A DNA stretch of 64,000 nucleotides from Candidatus Staskawiczbacteria bacterium (GTDB taxonomy: Bacteria > Patescibacteriota > Minisyncoccia > Minisyncoccales > Staskawiczbacteraceae). Position 1 is the stretch's first letter. Each line of letters opens with the position of its first letter. The notes beneath the pieces were generated by a model. It ran no database searches. It was not told where the DNA came from and saw only the letters and a list, made by a program, of their open reading frames with translations. Below are positions 8,272 through 18,255 of the stretch, piece after piece. The position numbers and the translations under genes were made by a program. The stretch is taken from contig CAIKWD010000026.1 in the NCBI GenBank assembly GCA_903831095.1, positions 29,290 to 93,289 on the forward strand. Direction: 5' to 3'.

Positions 8272-10299
8272 ATGAAAAGTTTAGTAATAGTTGAAAGCCC
8301 TACTAAAGCCAGAACAATCCAAAAGTTTCTTGGAAGCGATTTTGTAATACGCTCATCTTTTGGCCATGTAAGAGATTTGCCAAAAAGAGAACTGGGAGTT
8401 GATGTAGACAAGGGATTCGAGCCAAAATATGTTATACCAACAAAAGCTAAAAAGGTTGTAGCTGACTTGAAAAAGGAATCTGCCAAAGCCGATATAACAA
8501 TACTCGCTACCGACGAAGACCGCGAAGGAGAATCAATTGCCTGGCACTTGCAGGAAGCTTTAAAATTGAAAGATCCACAAAGAATTGTTTTCCACGAAAT
8601 TACTAAAACAGCAATTGAAGCAGCTTTAAAAAATCCAAGGCACATAGACATAAATTTAGTTGAAGCACAGCAAGCCAGAAGAATATTAGACAGGATTGTG
8701 GGATACAAAATTTCTCCGTTTTTGTGGAAAAAAATTGCCAAAGGTCTTTCAGCTGGAAGAGTCCAGTCTGTAGCTGTAAGATTAATTGTTGAAAGAGAAA
8801 GGGAAATCCAAAAATTTGTTGCCGAAGAATATTGGGGTATAGAAGCACTGCTCAAAAAATCCAACAATGAATTCAGTTCTTCACTGTCAAAAAAAGACGG
8901 CAAAGCAATTGAAAAACTTGAAATAAAAAACAAGGCCGAGGCAGATAAAATTTTAGGAGATCTAAATAGCGCCAATTACATTGTAGAATCCGTAGAAAAA
9001 AAAGAAACAAAAAAACATCCTGCTCCCCCATTTACAACCAGCACATTGCAACAAGCTGCTTGGCAAAGATTCAAGTTTTCTGCAAAAATGACAATGTCTT
9101 TGGCCCAAAGGTTATATGAGGAAGGAAATATAACATACCACAGGACAGATTCTTTAAACCTTTCTGAAATGTCGCTAAACGCTGCCAAGGATTTTATCTC
9201 TGGCAAATACGGACAAAATTATTGGGCTGGCAAAGTTGTAAAATATAAGACAAAAGATGGTTCTGCCCAAGAAGCTCACGAAGCTATAAGGCCAACCTTC
9301 GCTGATAAAAGTCCTGATTCATTGGCGGGAATTGACGCAAGACAATTAAAACTCTACACATTAATTTGGCAAAGGTTTATTGCCAGCCAAATGGCTCCAG
9401 CAGTTTTAGACTCAGTCTCTGCAGATATTAAAGCTAGCAATTATACATTTCGCGCAAATGGCCAAACAGTAAAATTTGATGGTTTCTTAAAAGTTTATCC
9501 TACAAAAACTGAAGAAACATTGTTGCCCGATTTAGAAAAAAACGACAAACTAGACTTATCAGAACTAAAATCCATACAACACTTCACTGAGCCTCCAGCA
9601 AGATATACTGAAGCAAGTTTGGTAAAAACTTTGGAAAAACATGGAATTGGTAGGCCTTCAACTTATGCCCCGATTATTTCAACTATTCAAGACAGAAACT
9701 ACGTAGCTGAAAACGACCAAAAAAGGTTTTTTCCAAGCGAAATGGGAGTCATAGTCAACGATGTCTTGGTTGAAAACTTTCCAGAAATTGTAGATATTGA
9801 TTTTACAGCCAAAATGGAAAAAGAATTAGACGAAGTTGCCGATGGAAAAGACACCTGGGCAAAAACCTGCCAAGACTTTTACACTCCTTTTGCTAAAAAT
9901 CTCAAGGAAAGATATGACAAAGTTATTAAGACAGACTTGACCCAAAAAACAGATAAAATTTGCCCAAAATGTGGTTCACCGTTAATTGAAAGGTTAGGAA
10001 GGTTTGGGAAATTTTATGCTTGTTCAAAATTTCCAGAATGTAAACATACAGAATCAATTGAAGGTGATCCTGATACTTTAGATATAGCCTGCCCAAAATG
10101 CAAAGAAGGAAAAATAACCGGGAAAAGAACTAAAAAAGGCAAAATATTCTACGGATGCAACCGCTTTCCAAAATGCGATTTTGCCTTATGGGATAAACCA
10201 ATAAATGAATTCTGCCCAACATGCAATTCAATACTCATAGAAAAAGGCAAAAAGATCAGATGCTCTAACAAGGAATGCGACTATATAAAAGATAAATAA
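8272..10299 (+). CDS. topA: DNA topoisomerase I with C-terminal Zn ribbons
   Basis: 675 aa with a Toprim N-terminus (VIVESPTKARTIQKFLG), the active-site region, and C-terminal C4 zinc fingers (CPKCGS...C, CPKCKEG...C, CPTCNS...C). Confidence 0.9.
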   Translation: MKSLVIVESPTKARTIQKFLGSDFVIRSSFGHVRDLPKRELGVDVDKGFEPKYVIPTKAKKVVADLKKESAKADITILATDEDREGESIAWHLQEALKLKDPQRIVFHEITKTAIEAALKNPRHIDINLVEAQQARRILDRIVGYKISPFLWKKIAKGLSAGRVQSVAVRLIVEREREIQKFVAEEYWGIEALLKKSNNEFSSSLSKKDGKAIEKLEIKNKAEADKILGDLNSANYIVESVEKKETKKHPAPPFTTSTLQQAAWQRFKFSAKMTMSLAQRLYEEGNITYHRTDSLNLSEMSLNAAKDFISGKYGQNYWAGKVVKYKTKDGSAQEAHEAIRPTFADKSPDSLAGIDARQLKLYTLIWQRFIASQMAPAVLDSVSADIKASNYTFRANGQTVKFDGFLKVYPTKTEETLLPDLEKNDKLDLSELKSIQHFTEPPARYTEASLVKTLEKHGIGRPSTYAPIISTIQDRNYVAENDQKRFFPSEMGVIVNDVLVENFPEIVDIDFTAKMEKELDEVADGKDTWAKTCQDFYTPFAKNLKERYDKVIKTDLTQKTDKICPKCGSPLIERLGRFGKFYACSKFPECKHTESIEGDPDTLDIACPKCKEGKITGKRTKKGKIFYGCNRFPKCDFALWDKPINEFCPTCNSILIEKGKKIRCSNKECDYIKDK

Positions 10300-10321
10300 A
10301 TCATCCTAGTCAGACAGTAAA

Positions 10322-12052
10322 ATGAGCAATGAAATACAAAAAATAATAAGAAGAAGCCCAGACCCTAAACTTATTGAGGATGCTTTTGAATTTGCGACAG
10401 AATCATACAAGGACAGATTTAGATTTTCTGGAGAAAACTATATCATACATGCAGTAAGAGTAGCTCAAGCATTAGATAAGATGGACCTTGATCCAACAAC
10501 AATTGCTTTTGGAATACTGCATGACGTAATGGACGATATTCCAGATTCTGCAAAAAATATTGAAATAAAAGAAATTGAAAAAAAATTTGGCAAAGAAATA
10601 TGTCGACTGCTGGAAAAAATTTCAGCAGTTAGCAGGGTAAGATATTCCTTATCAATTGGAATAAAAGAAAAGAAAACATTCACCAGGGAAAAAATTGAAA
10701 ATCTTCGAAGAATGTTTTTAGCTTTGGCTGGAGATATAAGAGTTGTTTTAGTTGAACTTCTTTCAAGGCTAGATGGATTAAACCATTTAAATCGCCTGCC
10801 AAATGACCAACAAAGGCTTTACGCGCTTGAAACGCTTAAAATTTTTGTCCCAGTTGCCAATAGGCTTGGACTATCTGAAATAAGAAGAAACCTTGAAGAT
10901 GTGGCTTTTTCCTATTTGTTCCCAGAAAAATTCAAATGGATCAAAGAAAATATAAAAGAACAATATGAGGAAAGAGAAAAGTATTTGAAAAAATTCATAC
11001 CTTACCTAAAAAAAATACTCCTAAAGGAAAGAGTAAAAATTGTAGACATAAACTACAGGGCAAAATCATATTGGAGCACCTATCAAAAATTAATCAGGCA
11101 TGAAATGGATTTTAACAAAATTCATGATTTACTGGCCCTACGCATAATAGCTGCTGACGTAGGAAGTTGCTATAAAACTCTTGGCATTATCCACAAGCAT
11201 TTCAAGCCAATTTCTGGGGAAATAAATGACTATATAGCCAAACCAAAACTAAACGGATATAGATCGCTTCATACAACTGTTTTTTCGCAAGAAGGAAAAA
11301 TAACAGAAATACAAATCAGAACTGAAGAAATGCACAAGGAAGCAGAATTTGGAGTTTGCGCTCACTGGTCTTACAAAGAAAGAATTGATTTACAAAAAGA
11401 AGGACAAAATTTTGAATGGCTTAAAAATGTGCCCGACTTTTGGAAAACCTTTAAAATAGACTTTTTCCCAAGCAAGGTTTTTTCCTTCACTCCAAAGGGA
11501 GATGTTATTGTTTTACCAAAAGGATCAACTCCAGTTGATTTTGCATATGCAGTTCATTCAGACATTGGAAACCATTGTGAATTGTCAAAAATAGGCGGTA
11601 GAATCGTACAATTAAACCACATTTTGGAAAATGGAGACGTGGTAGAAGTTACAGTTAATAAAAATAAAAAACCATCAAAAGATTGGCTAAGATTTGTCAA
11701 AACGTCTTTAGCAAAGTCACACATAAAAAAATTAACTGATGAGGACAATTCTGGTTTTAAATTCCCACTTCCTGGGTTTATAAGAAGAAGAATCACTGAA
11801 TTTTCTGAGGCTTCAAAAAAAAGACAGGAAGAAAAACAAAAAGTTGAAGAAGGAAAAATTCGCCATATTTATCTTGCTGGGCAAAAAGGAATGCTTATAC
11901 ATGTGGCAAAATGCTGTAATCCCCAACCTGGAGATAACGTTGGCGCCTATTTAGCCAAAAATAGGTCAGCGGTTTTACATAAAGTTTCCTGCGCTAATTT
12001 CAAAAAAATAGTCGAGAAATTTCCAGAAAAAGTCATTGAGGCTTCTTGGTAA
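10322..12052 (+). CDS. rel: (p)ppGpp synthetase/hydrolase RelA/SpoT family (short form)
   Basis: 576 aa with an HD domain (HDVMDD), a RelA/SpoT synthetase domain and a TGS domain (GDVIVLPKGSTPVDFAYAVHSDIG). Confidence 0.85.
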   Translation: MSNEIQKIIRRSPDPKLIEDAFEFATESYKDRFRFSGENYIIHAVRVAQALDKMDLDPTTIAFGILHDVMDDIPDSAKNIEIKEIEKKFGKEICRLLEKISAVSRVRYSLSIGIKEKKTFTREKIENLRRMFLALAGDIRVVLVELLSRLDGLNHLNRLPNDQQRLYALETLKIFVPVANRLGLSEIRRNLEDVAFSYLFPEKFKWIKENIKEQYEEREKYLKKFIPYLKKILLKERVKIVDINYRAKSYWSTYQKLIRHEMDFNKIHDLLALRIIAADVGSCYKTLGIIHKHFKPISGEINDYIAKPKLNGYRSLHTTVFSQEGKITEIQIRTEEMHKEAEFGVCAHWSYKERIDLQKEGQNFEWLKNVPDFWKTFKIDFFPSKVFSFTPKGDVIVLPKGSTPVDFAYAVHSDIGNHCELSKIGGRIVQLNHILENGDVVEVTVNKNKKPSKDWLRFVKTSLAKSHIKKLTDEDNSGFKFPLPGFIRRRITEFSEASKKRQEEKQKVEEGKIRHIYLAGQKGMLIHVAKCCNPQPGDNVGAYLAKNRSAVLHKVSCANFKKIVEKFPEKVIEASW

Positions 12053-12106
12053 TATGGTAAATAGTTGAAAATTACTTTAAAATAAGCTAAACTAAAACAG
12101 AATTAA

Positions 12107-12190
12107 GCCGAGGTGATGAAATTGGCAAACATGCCAGACTCAAAATCTGGTGCCCTTAAAAGCTTGAGGGTTCAAGTCCCTCCCTCGGCA
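12107..12190 (+). tRNA. tRNA-Leu (anticodon CAA), class II with a long variable arm
   Basis: Acceptor stem GCCGAGG/CCTCGGC. Anticodon stem-loop CCAGA-CTCAAAA-TCTGG gives anticodon CAA. Long variable arm, T-arm GGTTCAAGTCC, discriminator A; CCA is not encoded. Confidence 0.85.
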
Positions 12191-12220
12191 CACTTTACTG
12201 TACTCAGTACAGGCAACTAA

Positions 12221-12245
12221 AACCCCGCTCAGCGGGGCTTTTATT
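12221..12245. terminator. Bidirectional intrinsic terminator CCCCGC-TCA-GCGGGG shared by tRNA-Leu (+) and the minus-strand operon
   Basis: A 6-bp GC stem 12223-12237 with T-runs on both strands, preceded by a second small hairpin CTGTAC-TCA-GTACAG. It lies between the convergent tRNA and the MBL gene. Confidence 0.7.
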
Positions 12246-12990
12246 ATACTTCGTATTCTTCCATAGGTTCGGGCAAGATTATTTTTAAACCAGTTTCTGG
12301 AATAGCTTCCTTAACTTTTTTCCTAGTTTCATCATTAAATACTCTTTTAAAGTGGGCCAGTGCCAGACATTTTACATTTTGTCTTTTAGCCATTTCAAAC
12401 AAATCTACTGCCACAACATGTCCAGGAAGTTTTTTATCATACATATAGCACTCATGCATCAGCAGGTCAGCATTTTTATAAAGATTCTCATTGTCCCCTT
12501 CCATTGGCCCGTCCCCGCTGTAACAAACAACATCTTTTTTATCTTCAATCCTTACAGCTAAGTTATATGCTGTGTGCCCGGTCTTTGCAAAACTTAACTT
12601 TAAATCATTGAATTTTATTTCCTTTCCATCTTCTGCAATTACAAACTTAACTTCAAAACCATAACTGTTTATTCCAAAATAAGCATGCTCCGTTAGTCTT
12701 TCTATATCTGTTTTGATCTGCTCTGAACAAATTATGGTTAATTCTTTTTTCCTACCCTCTTCCAACATTCTGCCTAGAAGTGCAGGAATTCCAAACAAAT
12801 GGTCAGAATGCCTATGAGTTATATATAGAGCATCAACTAAAGAATAATCTTTGGTATATTTCCAAATCTGACGCACAGCTGAATCTCCACAATCTAACAT
12901 TATTGCAGTTTTATCTGATAGTACTAAATGCGAATGATTTGGATACCTTTCATCAAAAGCTTCACCATTTCCTAAAAATACAACTTTCAT
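12244..12990 (-). CDS. MBL-fold metallo-hydrolase (RNase Z-like)
   Basis: 248 aa with an HxHxDH motif (ITHRHSDH). Confidence 0.75.
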   Translation of the reverse strand: MKVVFLGNGEAFDERYPNHSHLVLSDKTAIMLDCGDSAVRQIWKYTKDYSLVDALYITHRHSDHLFGIPALLGRMLEEGRKKELTIICSEQIKTDIERLTEHAYFGINSYGFEVKFVIAEDGKEIKFNDLKLSFAKTGHTAYNLAVRIEDKKDVVCYSGDGPMEGDNENLYKNADLLMHECYMYDKKLPGHVVAVDLFEMAKRQNVKCLALAHFKRVFNDETRKKVKEAIPETGLKIILPEPMEEYEV

Positions 12991-13528
12991 TATTTTTTTT
13001 GATTATGTATTTTTTGAAAACCCAATTAACAAGCCAGCCGGTAATTATACCAACCAAAGCGCCAGCTAACACGTCAGAAGGCCAATGAACTCCCACAAAA
13101 ACTCGGGCAATGGAAATTAATACAGCAAAAATATAAAACCAAATCCCAGCTTTTTTATTATTTAAAAACACTACAGTTGCCAAGGCAAAGAAAAATGATG
13201 CATGGCCAGACGGAAAAGAAGACTCGTTTACTTTGCTCACCAACAAGTTAATATCTGGCATATTGAATGGGCGAAACCTCGGCTTAAACCAGCGGATTAA
13301 TTCCACAATACCGAATCTTGCTAATCCTGCAGCAACAAAAGCCAACAAAACCATAATCCAATTTTTCTTGTACTTTAGCAAAAATAAAAGCAATAACAAA
13401 ACTACAAAATATGGAAAATAATTAGCAATAAATATTCCCATAAAATCCACCCATGTCCATTTAAATGCAAACTGGTTTATTGCCCTAAAAATATTGTGAT
13501 CTAAATTTAATAAAGATTGATAAATCAT
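12962..13528 (-). CDS. PAP2 family phosphatase (undecaprenyl-diphosphatase-like membrane protein)
   Basis: 188 aa with multiple TM helices and the PAP2 motifs KPRFRP, PSGHAS and the third PAP2 motif (SRx5Hx3D) in GVHWPSDV. Confidence 0.75.
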   Translation of the reverse strand: MIYQSLLNLDHNIFRAINQFAFKWTWVDFMGIFIANYFPYFVVLLLLLFLLKYKKNWIMVLLAFVAAGLARFGIVELIRWFKPRFRPFNMPDINLLVSKVNESSFPSGHASFFFALATVVFLNNKKAGIWFYIFAVLISIARVFVGVHWPSDVLAGALVGIITGWLVNWVFKKYIIKKNNESCIFRKW

Positions 13529-14764
13529 TTATCTTGGAAGTGGAAACCTCTTACAAAGTTTTATAACATCTACATGAAGCTTGGCCAATACCTTTTCGTC
13601 AGTGTGGTTTATTATGGCCTGGTTAATCCAATTGGCAATAATTTTAATTTCCTTTTCCTTCATACCTCTGGTTGTTATAGCAGGCACTCCAATACGCACT
13701 CCACTTGGATCAAATGGTTTTCTTGGGTCATCTGGAATCATATTTTTATTTACAGTAATTCCTATTTTATCCAAAGCTTTTTCAGCTTCTTTTCCAGTAA
13801 CTCCCTTACTACCAAAAACATCAACTAAAATCATATGGTTATCAGTCTGTCCAAACATTATCTTATACCCATATTTTTTCATCTCTAGCTCTAAAGTTTT
13901 TGCATTCTTTATTATTTGTTTTGCATAAGCTTTAAAAGACGGCTTTAAGGCTTCACCCAATGCAACAGCTAAAGCTGCAATATTATTCATGTGCGGGCCT
14001 CCTTGAAAACCTGGAAAAAGAGCCTTGTCTATTGCTTCGGCAAACTGCTGTTTGCACATTATCATTCCTCCTCTTGGGCCTCGCAAAGTTTTATGAGTTG
14101 TGGTTGTAACTATGTCAAAATATGGCACAGGATTTGGTATGGCTTTGCCTGCAATTAAACCTGCAATGTGAGCTACATCAAACATACTTACTGCTCCAAC
14201 TTTTTTAGCTATATCGGTAAATTTTTTGTAATCAACTTGTCTGGTGTAAGCTGAAAATCCAGCCAATATTATTTTTGGTTTTTCTTGAATTGCCATTTTT
14301 TCCAATTCATCATAATCAATCTCTCCCAAAGCATTTGTTTTATACCTTACAAACCTGTAAATCTTAGCTCCCAAAGTAACAGGGTGCCCATGGCTTAAAT
14401 GTCCGCCATGAGACAAATCCATACCCAAAACAGTGTCTCCTGGCTGTAAAATAGCGCTATAAACAATCATATTGGCTGGACACCCAGAAAGAGGCTGAAC
14501 GTTAATATGCTCTGCTCCAAATATCATTTTAGCCCTTTCAATAGCCAAATTCTCAACAATATCAGTATAAGCCTGCCCGCCGTAATAACGCTTTCCAGGA
14601 TAACCTTCGGAATACTTGTTGGTAAAAACCGAACCCAACGCTTCCAGTACTGCTGGAGATACATAATTTTCCGAGGCAATAAGTTCCATGCCTTCCTGCT
14701 GGCGTTTTAATTCCCCTTCAATTGCTTTATAAACTTTAGGATCCTGATTTTTTAATTTTGGCAT
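13529..14764 (-). CDS. glyA: Serine hydroxymethyltransferase
   Basis: 411 aa; N-terminus MPKLKNQDPKVYKAIEGELKRQQEGMELIASENYVSPAV is the SHMT signature. Confidence 0.9.
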   Translation of the reverse strand: MPKLKNQDPKVYKAIEGELKRQQEGMELIASENYVSPAVLEALGSVFTNKYSEGYPGKRYYGGQAYTDIVENLAIERAKMIFGAEHINVQPLSGCPANMIVYSAILQPGDTVLGMDLSHGGHLSHGHPVTLGAKIYRFVRYKTNALGEIDYDELEKMAIQEKPKIILAGFSAYTRQVDYKKFTDIAKKVGAVSMFDVAHIAGLIAGKAIPNPVPYFDIVTTTTHKTLRGPRGGMIMCKQQFAEAIDKALFPGFQGGPHMNNIAALAVALGEALKPSFKAYAKQIIKNAKTLELEMKKYGYKIMFGQTDNHMILVDVFGSKGVTGKEAEKALDKIGITVNKNMIPDDPRKPFDPSGVRIGVPAITTRGMKEKEIKIIANWINQAIINHTDEKVLAKLHVDVIKLCKRFPLPR

Positions 14765-14765
14765 G

Positions 14766-15347
14766 TTAGTTTCTTATTATTTTAATATTATCACTTGTTA
14801 AATCCATTATGATTGAAGGCTTGCCTTTTGGCAAATTACCACCGTCAACAATCAAATCTGGTTTCGTTTTACTATTTTCAAAATAAACTATTACATCATT
14901 TATTTTTGTTGAAGCTGGTTGCCCAGAAATATTTGCAGAAGTTTGAGCCAATGGTCCATCAAATTTTCTTAAAATATTGTTCAACAACAGATGTTTGGAA
15001 ATACGCAATGCAATTGTTTTTTTATCTACTCCAAACAGCTTTTGCCCTTTTTTCCTGTTTAAAATAAAAGTATATTTTCCCGGCCATTTTTTCTTTATTA
15101 TTTTACTATTCTCCTTTCCAATAAAAGCCAACTCATTTGCCATTTTCATCTCCTTAACAAAAATTGGAAGCGGATTAAATTTTGGCCTTTGTTTTATTTC
15201 ATATATTTTTGCAACTGCCTTTTTATTTGTTGCATCACAAACTAAGCCATAAACAGTATCTGTGGGCAAGACTAAAACTGCCCCATTTTCCAGAGCAGTA
15301 ATTATTTCTTTTATATCAGACTTATTTTCCTTTGTTATTTTGATCAT
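14766..15347 (-). CDS. tsaC: L-threonylcarbamoyladenylate synthase (YrdC/Sua5 domain)
   Basis: 193 aa; LPTDTVYGLVCDATN is the YrdC signature. Confidence 0.8.
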   Translation of the reverse strand: MIKITKENKSDIKEIITALENGAVLVLPTDTVYGLVCDATNKKAVAKIYEIKQRPKFNPLPIFVKEMKMANELAFIGKENSKIIKKKWPGKYTFILNRKKGQKLFGVDKKTIALRISKHLLLNNILRKFDGPLAQTSANISGQPASTKINDVIVYFENSKTKPDLIVDGGNLPKGKPSIIMDLTSDNIKIIRN

Positions 15348-16068
15348 TTAAAAATTTTGACAATTCTTCAACATCCTCAGGTTTCCCAAAATCCTTCCAA
15401 TAATCCTTTATTATTTTAACTTTCACTTTTTTGTCCTTTGACATTAAAGATATTACATCAGTAATCTCAAATTCCCCTCGAGGCGATTTGTTTATTAATG
15501 GCAATTTAGAAAATACTTCCGGACTGAACTTGTACAATCCTGCATTTATCAAATTTCCCACATATTCTTTTGGCTTTTCAATTATTTTTTCCAAATATTC
15601 GCCATTAGAAATTAAAACTCCATAATTTTCTGGCTTGTCATTCACTAATCCTGCTACATAATTGAAACTGTCATCAACATTCATTTCCTTCAAATCTTCC
15701 ACTGAAAACAAATTATCTCCGCCAATGAATAAAAACTGTTCCTTAATATCATCTTTTATACACATTAATGGACATGCTGTTCCATATATTTTTTCCTTCG
15801 GACCTAAAATTTCAAACTGGTTTACAAAGCTTATTTCAAACTTTTCCTTGCCCGGAGCAGTATAATTACTTTTAAAATCATCCATCAACTCTTTCTTATA
15901 TCCAACAACTAAAATAACGTCTCTATAACCTGCTAAAAAAAGATTGTCTAAAACATAGGCTAAAAATGGCCTGCCATTTACCTCAATCAAGTGTTTTGGC
16001 TTGTCCTTGGACAAATGAAGCATTCTAGTCCCTTGGCCAGCTGCAGCTATGACAACATTAGTTACCAT
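15322..16068 (-). CDS. Sugar-phosphate nucleotidyltransferase (NTP_transferase family)
   Basis: 248 aa; N-terminal VIAAAGQGTRM nucleotide-binding motif. Confidence 0.7.
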   Translation of the reverse strand: MVTNVVIAAAGQGTRMLHLSKDKPKHLIEVNGRPFLAYVLDNLFLAGYRDVILVVGYKKELMDDFKSNYTAPGKEKFEISFVNQFEILGPKEKIYGTACPLMCIKDDIKEQFLFIGGDNLFSVEDLKEMNVDDSFNYVAGLVNDKPENYGVLISNGEYLEKIIEKPKEYVGNLINAGLYKFSPEVFSKLPLINKSPRGEFEITDVISLMSKDKKVKVKIIKDYWKDFGKPEDVEELSKFLNDQNNKGK

Positions 16069-16630
16069 GTCCTAATTCAAAAGCCTTAATATTCAAATCT
16101 AAATACTTTTGGGGAATCATATTTTTCATTGCCTGCATTACCGATTCCTTTTTTAAGGGCATCAATTTTTTGCCAACTGCATATCCTAAAAGATATGCAG
16201 TGCAAACTATTTCATTTTGTAATTTTTCCTTACAATCCTGTGAAGCAGGAATTAAATAAAAATTCTTCTTTGTTTCCTTTAGTTGCTTTAATATTTCTTC
16301 CTTTGGCAAGGAATTCAAAAATGGCAGGAAATATTCATTGACCAAAATTTTAGTTTGTTTGCCAGCTTTTACAGATTCTCTCAAAGCTTCAAGAGCTTCC
16401 ATGGCTATAATTAAATCTGCCTTTCCAGTTGAAACCATTGGAGAAAATACTTTTTTCCCAAACCTTACATGTGCCTCAACACTTCCGCCCCTTTGCGAAA
16501 GCCCGTGAAGTTCAGAAGACTTTACCTCAAGGCCCTCAACCAAAGCTGCTTCGTCTATTATTTGAAGCAAGGTTATTATTCCTTGCCCACCTACTCCAGT
16601 AAGTATTATATTGAATGTTTTTTTGTCCAT
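16058..16630 (-). CDS. iorB: Indolepyruvate/2-oxoacid:ferredoxin oxidoreductase subunit beta (IorB-like)
   Basis: 190 aa; ILTGVGGQGIITL...ELHGLSQRGGSV matches the gamma/IorB domain of OFOR enzymes. Confidence 0.7.
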   Translation of the reverse strand: MDKKTFNIILTGVGGQGIITLLQIIDEAALVEGLEVKSSELHGLSQRGGSVEAHVRFGKKVFSPMVSTGKADLIIAMEALEALRESVKAGKQTKILVNEYFLPFLNSLPKEEILKQLKETKKNFYLIPASQDCKEKLQNEIVCTAYLLGYAVGKKLMPLKKESVMQAMKNMIPQKYLDLNIKAFELGHGN

Positions 16631-16632
16631 AA

Positions 16633-18255
16633 TTATTTTTTTGCTTGTCTCCTAGCTAAAAGAGCGCAAATTCTTTTACAAATTATTACTGAAACTTCCT
16701 CCTTGCCTAAAAATTCTTTCACTGTATTTTCAAACTCCGGCATATTTATAGGATCTAAAACTTTTAAATTCTTTACACCACAAGCTTTTACAATTTCTTC
16801 AATACTTAATTCTGGTGCATCCTTTCCCATTAAATTTTTACCCATTCCAGGATTTGGTTGGTGCCCAGTCATAGCTGTTATTCGGTTGTCCAAAATAATT
16901 ACCAAAGGATTGGATTTATTATAAACAGAATTTATAAGCGGAGCTATTCCCGAATGGAAAAATGTTCCGTCTCCCATTATGGTAATAACTTTCTGACTGG
17001 TAGATTTCTTAACTCCATGTGAAATACCCAATCCCGCTCCCATGTCAAAAAGATAGTCATACAAGTTATGAGGTGGTAAAGCTCCAATCATATTACAACC
17101 TATATCACCTCCAAAAACTGTTCCTTCAGGAGCAATCCTTTTTAAAACTGGAAAAACATGCCAATAAGGGCAACCTTCGCAAAGCCTGGCAGTTCTTCTA
17201 GGAAGATTAATTTGTTTTACCTTAAAGGTTGTAATTTTCTTTCCAATTATTTTTGCTGTAGCAGACAAAATTTTATCTGTATTCAGTTCTCCAATCTCTG
17301 GTAAAATGTCTTTTCCAAAAATCTTAACCTTAATTCCCATGTCGTTTGCAATAGCCTTTATTTCCTTCTCCAAATATGAATTAAGTTCTTCGGCAACTAA
17401 AATATTTTTTTTGCCTTTCATAAACTCAGCAATTTTCTTCCTTGGCAAAGGATAAAAAAATCCAAGCCTCAAAACTGGAAGCTGTATGCCCATTTCTTCA
17501 AAGGCCTCTAAAGTATGCATATAAGAAATTCCTGAAGTAATAACACCAAGTTTTGAGGACGCAGATTTATTTATTATAAAATTTACCTTTGATTTTTCAG
17601 CAAAAATTTCAATTTTCTTTAATTTTTCCAAAAGTTCTCCTTTCATTTCCATTACTCTTGGAGGCATAGTGGAAAATTGATGAGGATTTCTAATAAATTC
17701 TCCTTTTACTTCACTTTTAACCCTTTCTTCAAAATTAACAATTGCCCTTTGATGAGCCACGCGCGTAGTCACTCTTAAAATTACAGGAATATTGAATTTC
17801 TCTGATATTTCAAAACCCAGCTTTGTAAAATCATAACATTCTTGTGGACTAGAAGGTTCTAGAAAAGGTATATGAGACAAATAAGCATAACCCCTTGAAT
17901 CCTGTTCTGATTGAGCAGAACTCCAGCATGAAGGGTCATCTCCCACAAATATTACCATTGGAGCTTTTGTTCCAGTATAAGCCAAGGGTAACAAGCTATC
18001 TGAGCATACATTTATGCCAAAACTCTTCATATTTACCAAGGATTTTAAGCCTGAAAAACTGGCTCCTATGGCAGCTTCCAATGCAACCTTCTCATTTGTT
18101 GAATACTCGGCATAAACTCCGTTTGCTTCGGCAATTTTGCCAAACTCATCTCCAATTTCAGCTGATGGACATCCAGGATACCCAGAAACGAAAGAAACAC
18201 CTGCTGCTAAAGCTCCCCTAACTATTGCCTCGTTCCCCAATAAAACTTTTTTCAT
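16633..18255 (-). CDS. iorA: Indolepyruvate:ferredoxin oxidoreductase subunit alpha (IorA-like; TPP and Fe-S binding)
   Basis: 540 aa. A TPP-binding region (GDGTFFHSG), a Cys cluster CEGCPYW and a C-terminal C-rich tail. Immediately upstream of iorB. Confidence 0.75.
   Translation of the reverse strand: MKKVLLGNEAIVRGALAAGVSFVSGYPGCPSAEIGDEFGKIAEANGVYAEYSTNEKVALEAAIGASFSGLKSLVNMKSFGINVCSDSLLPLAYTGTKAPMVIFVGDDPSCWSSAQSEQDSRGYAYLSHIPFLEPSSPQECYDFTKLGFEISEKFNIPVILRVTTRVAHQRAIVNFEERVKSEVKGEFIRNPHQFSTMPPRVMEMKGELLEKLKKIEIFAEKSKVNFIINKSASSKLGVITSGISYMHTLEAFEEMGIQLPVLRLGFFYPLPRKKIAEFMKGKKNILVAEELNSYLEKEIKAIANDMGIKVKIFGKDILPEIGELNTDKILSATAKIIGKKITTFKVKQINLPRRTARLCEGCPYWHVFPVLKRIAPEGTVFGGDIGCNMIGALPPHNLYDYLFDMGAGLGISHGVKKSTSQKVITIMGDGTFFHSGIAPLINSVYNKSNPLVIILDNRITAMTGHQPNPGMGKNLMGKDAPELSIEEIVKACGVKNLKVLDPINMPEFENTVKEFLGKEEVSVIICKRICALLARRQAKK

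Noticed and set aside
14738-14747. Additional AGGATCCT palindromes at about 14738 (glyA) and about 52352 (cimA)
   Set aside because: These are only 8-nt palindromes without the TCCCG/CGGGA flanks or a GC-rich context. Chance occurrence is plausible, so they are not counted as element copies.
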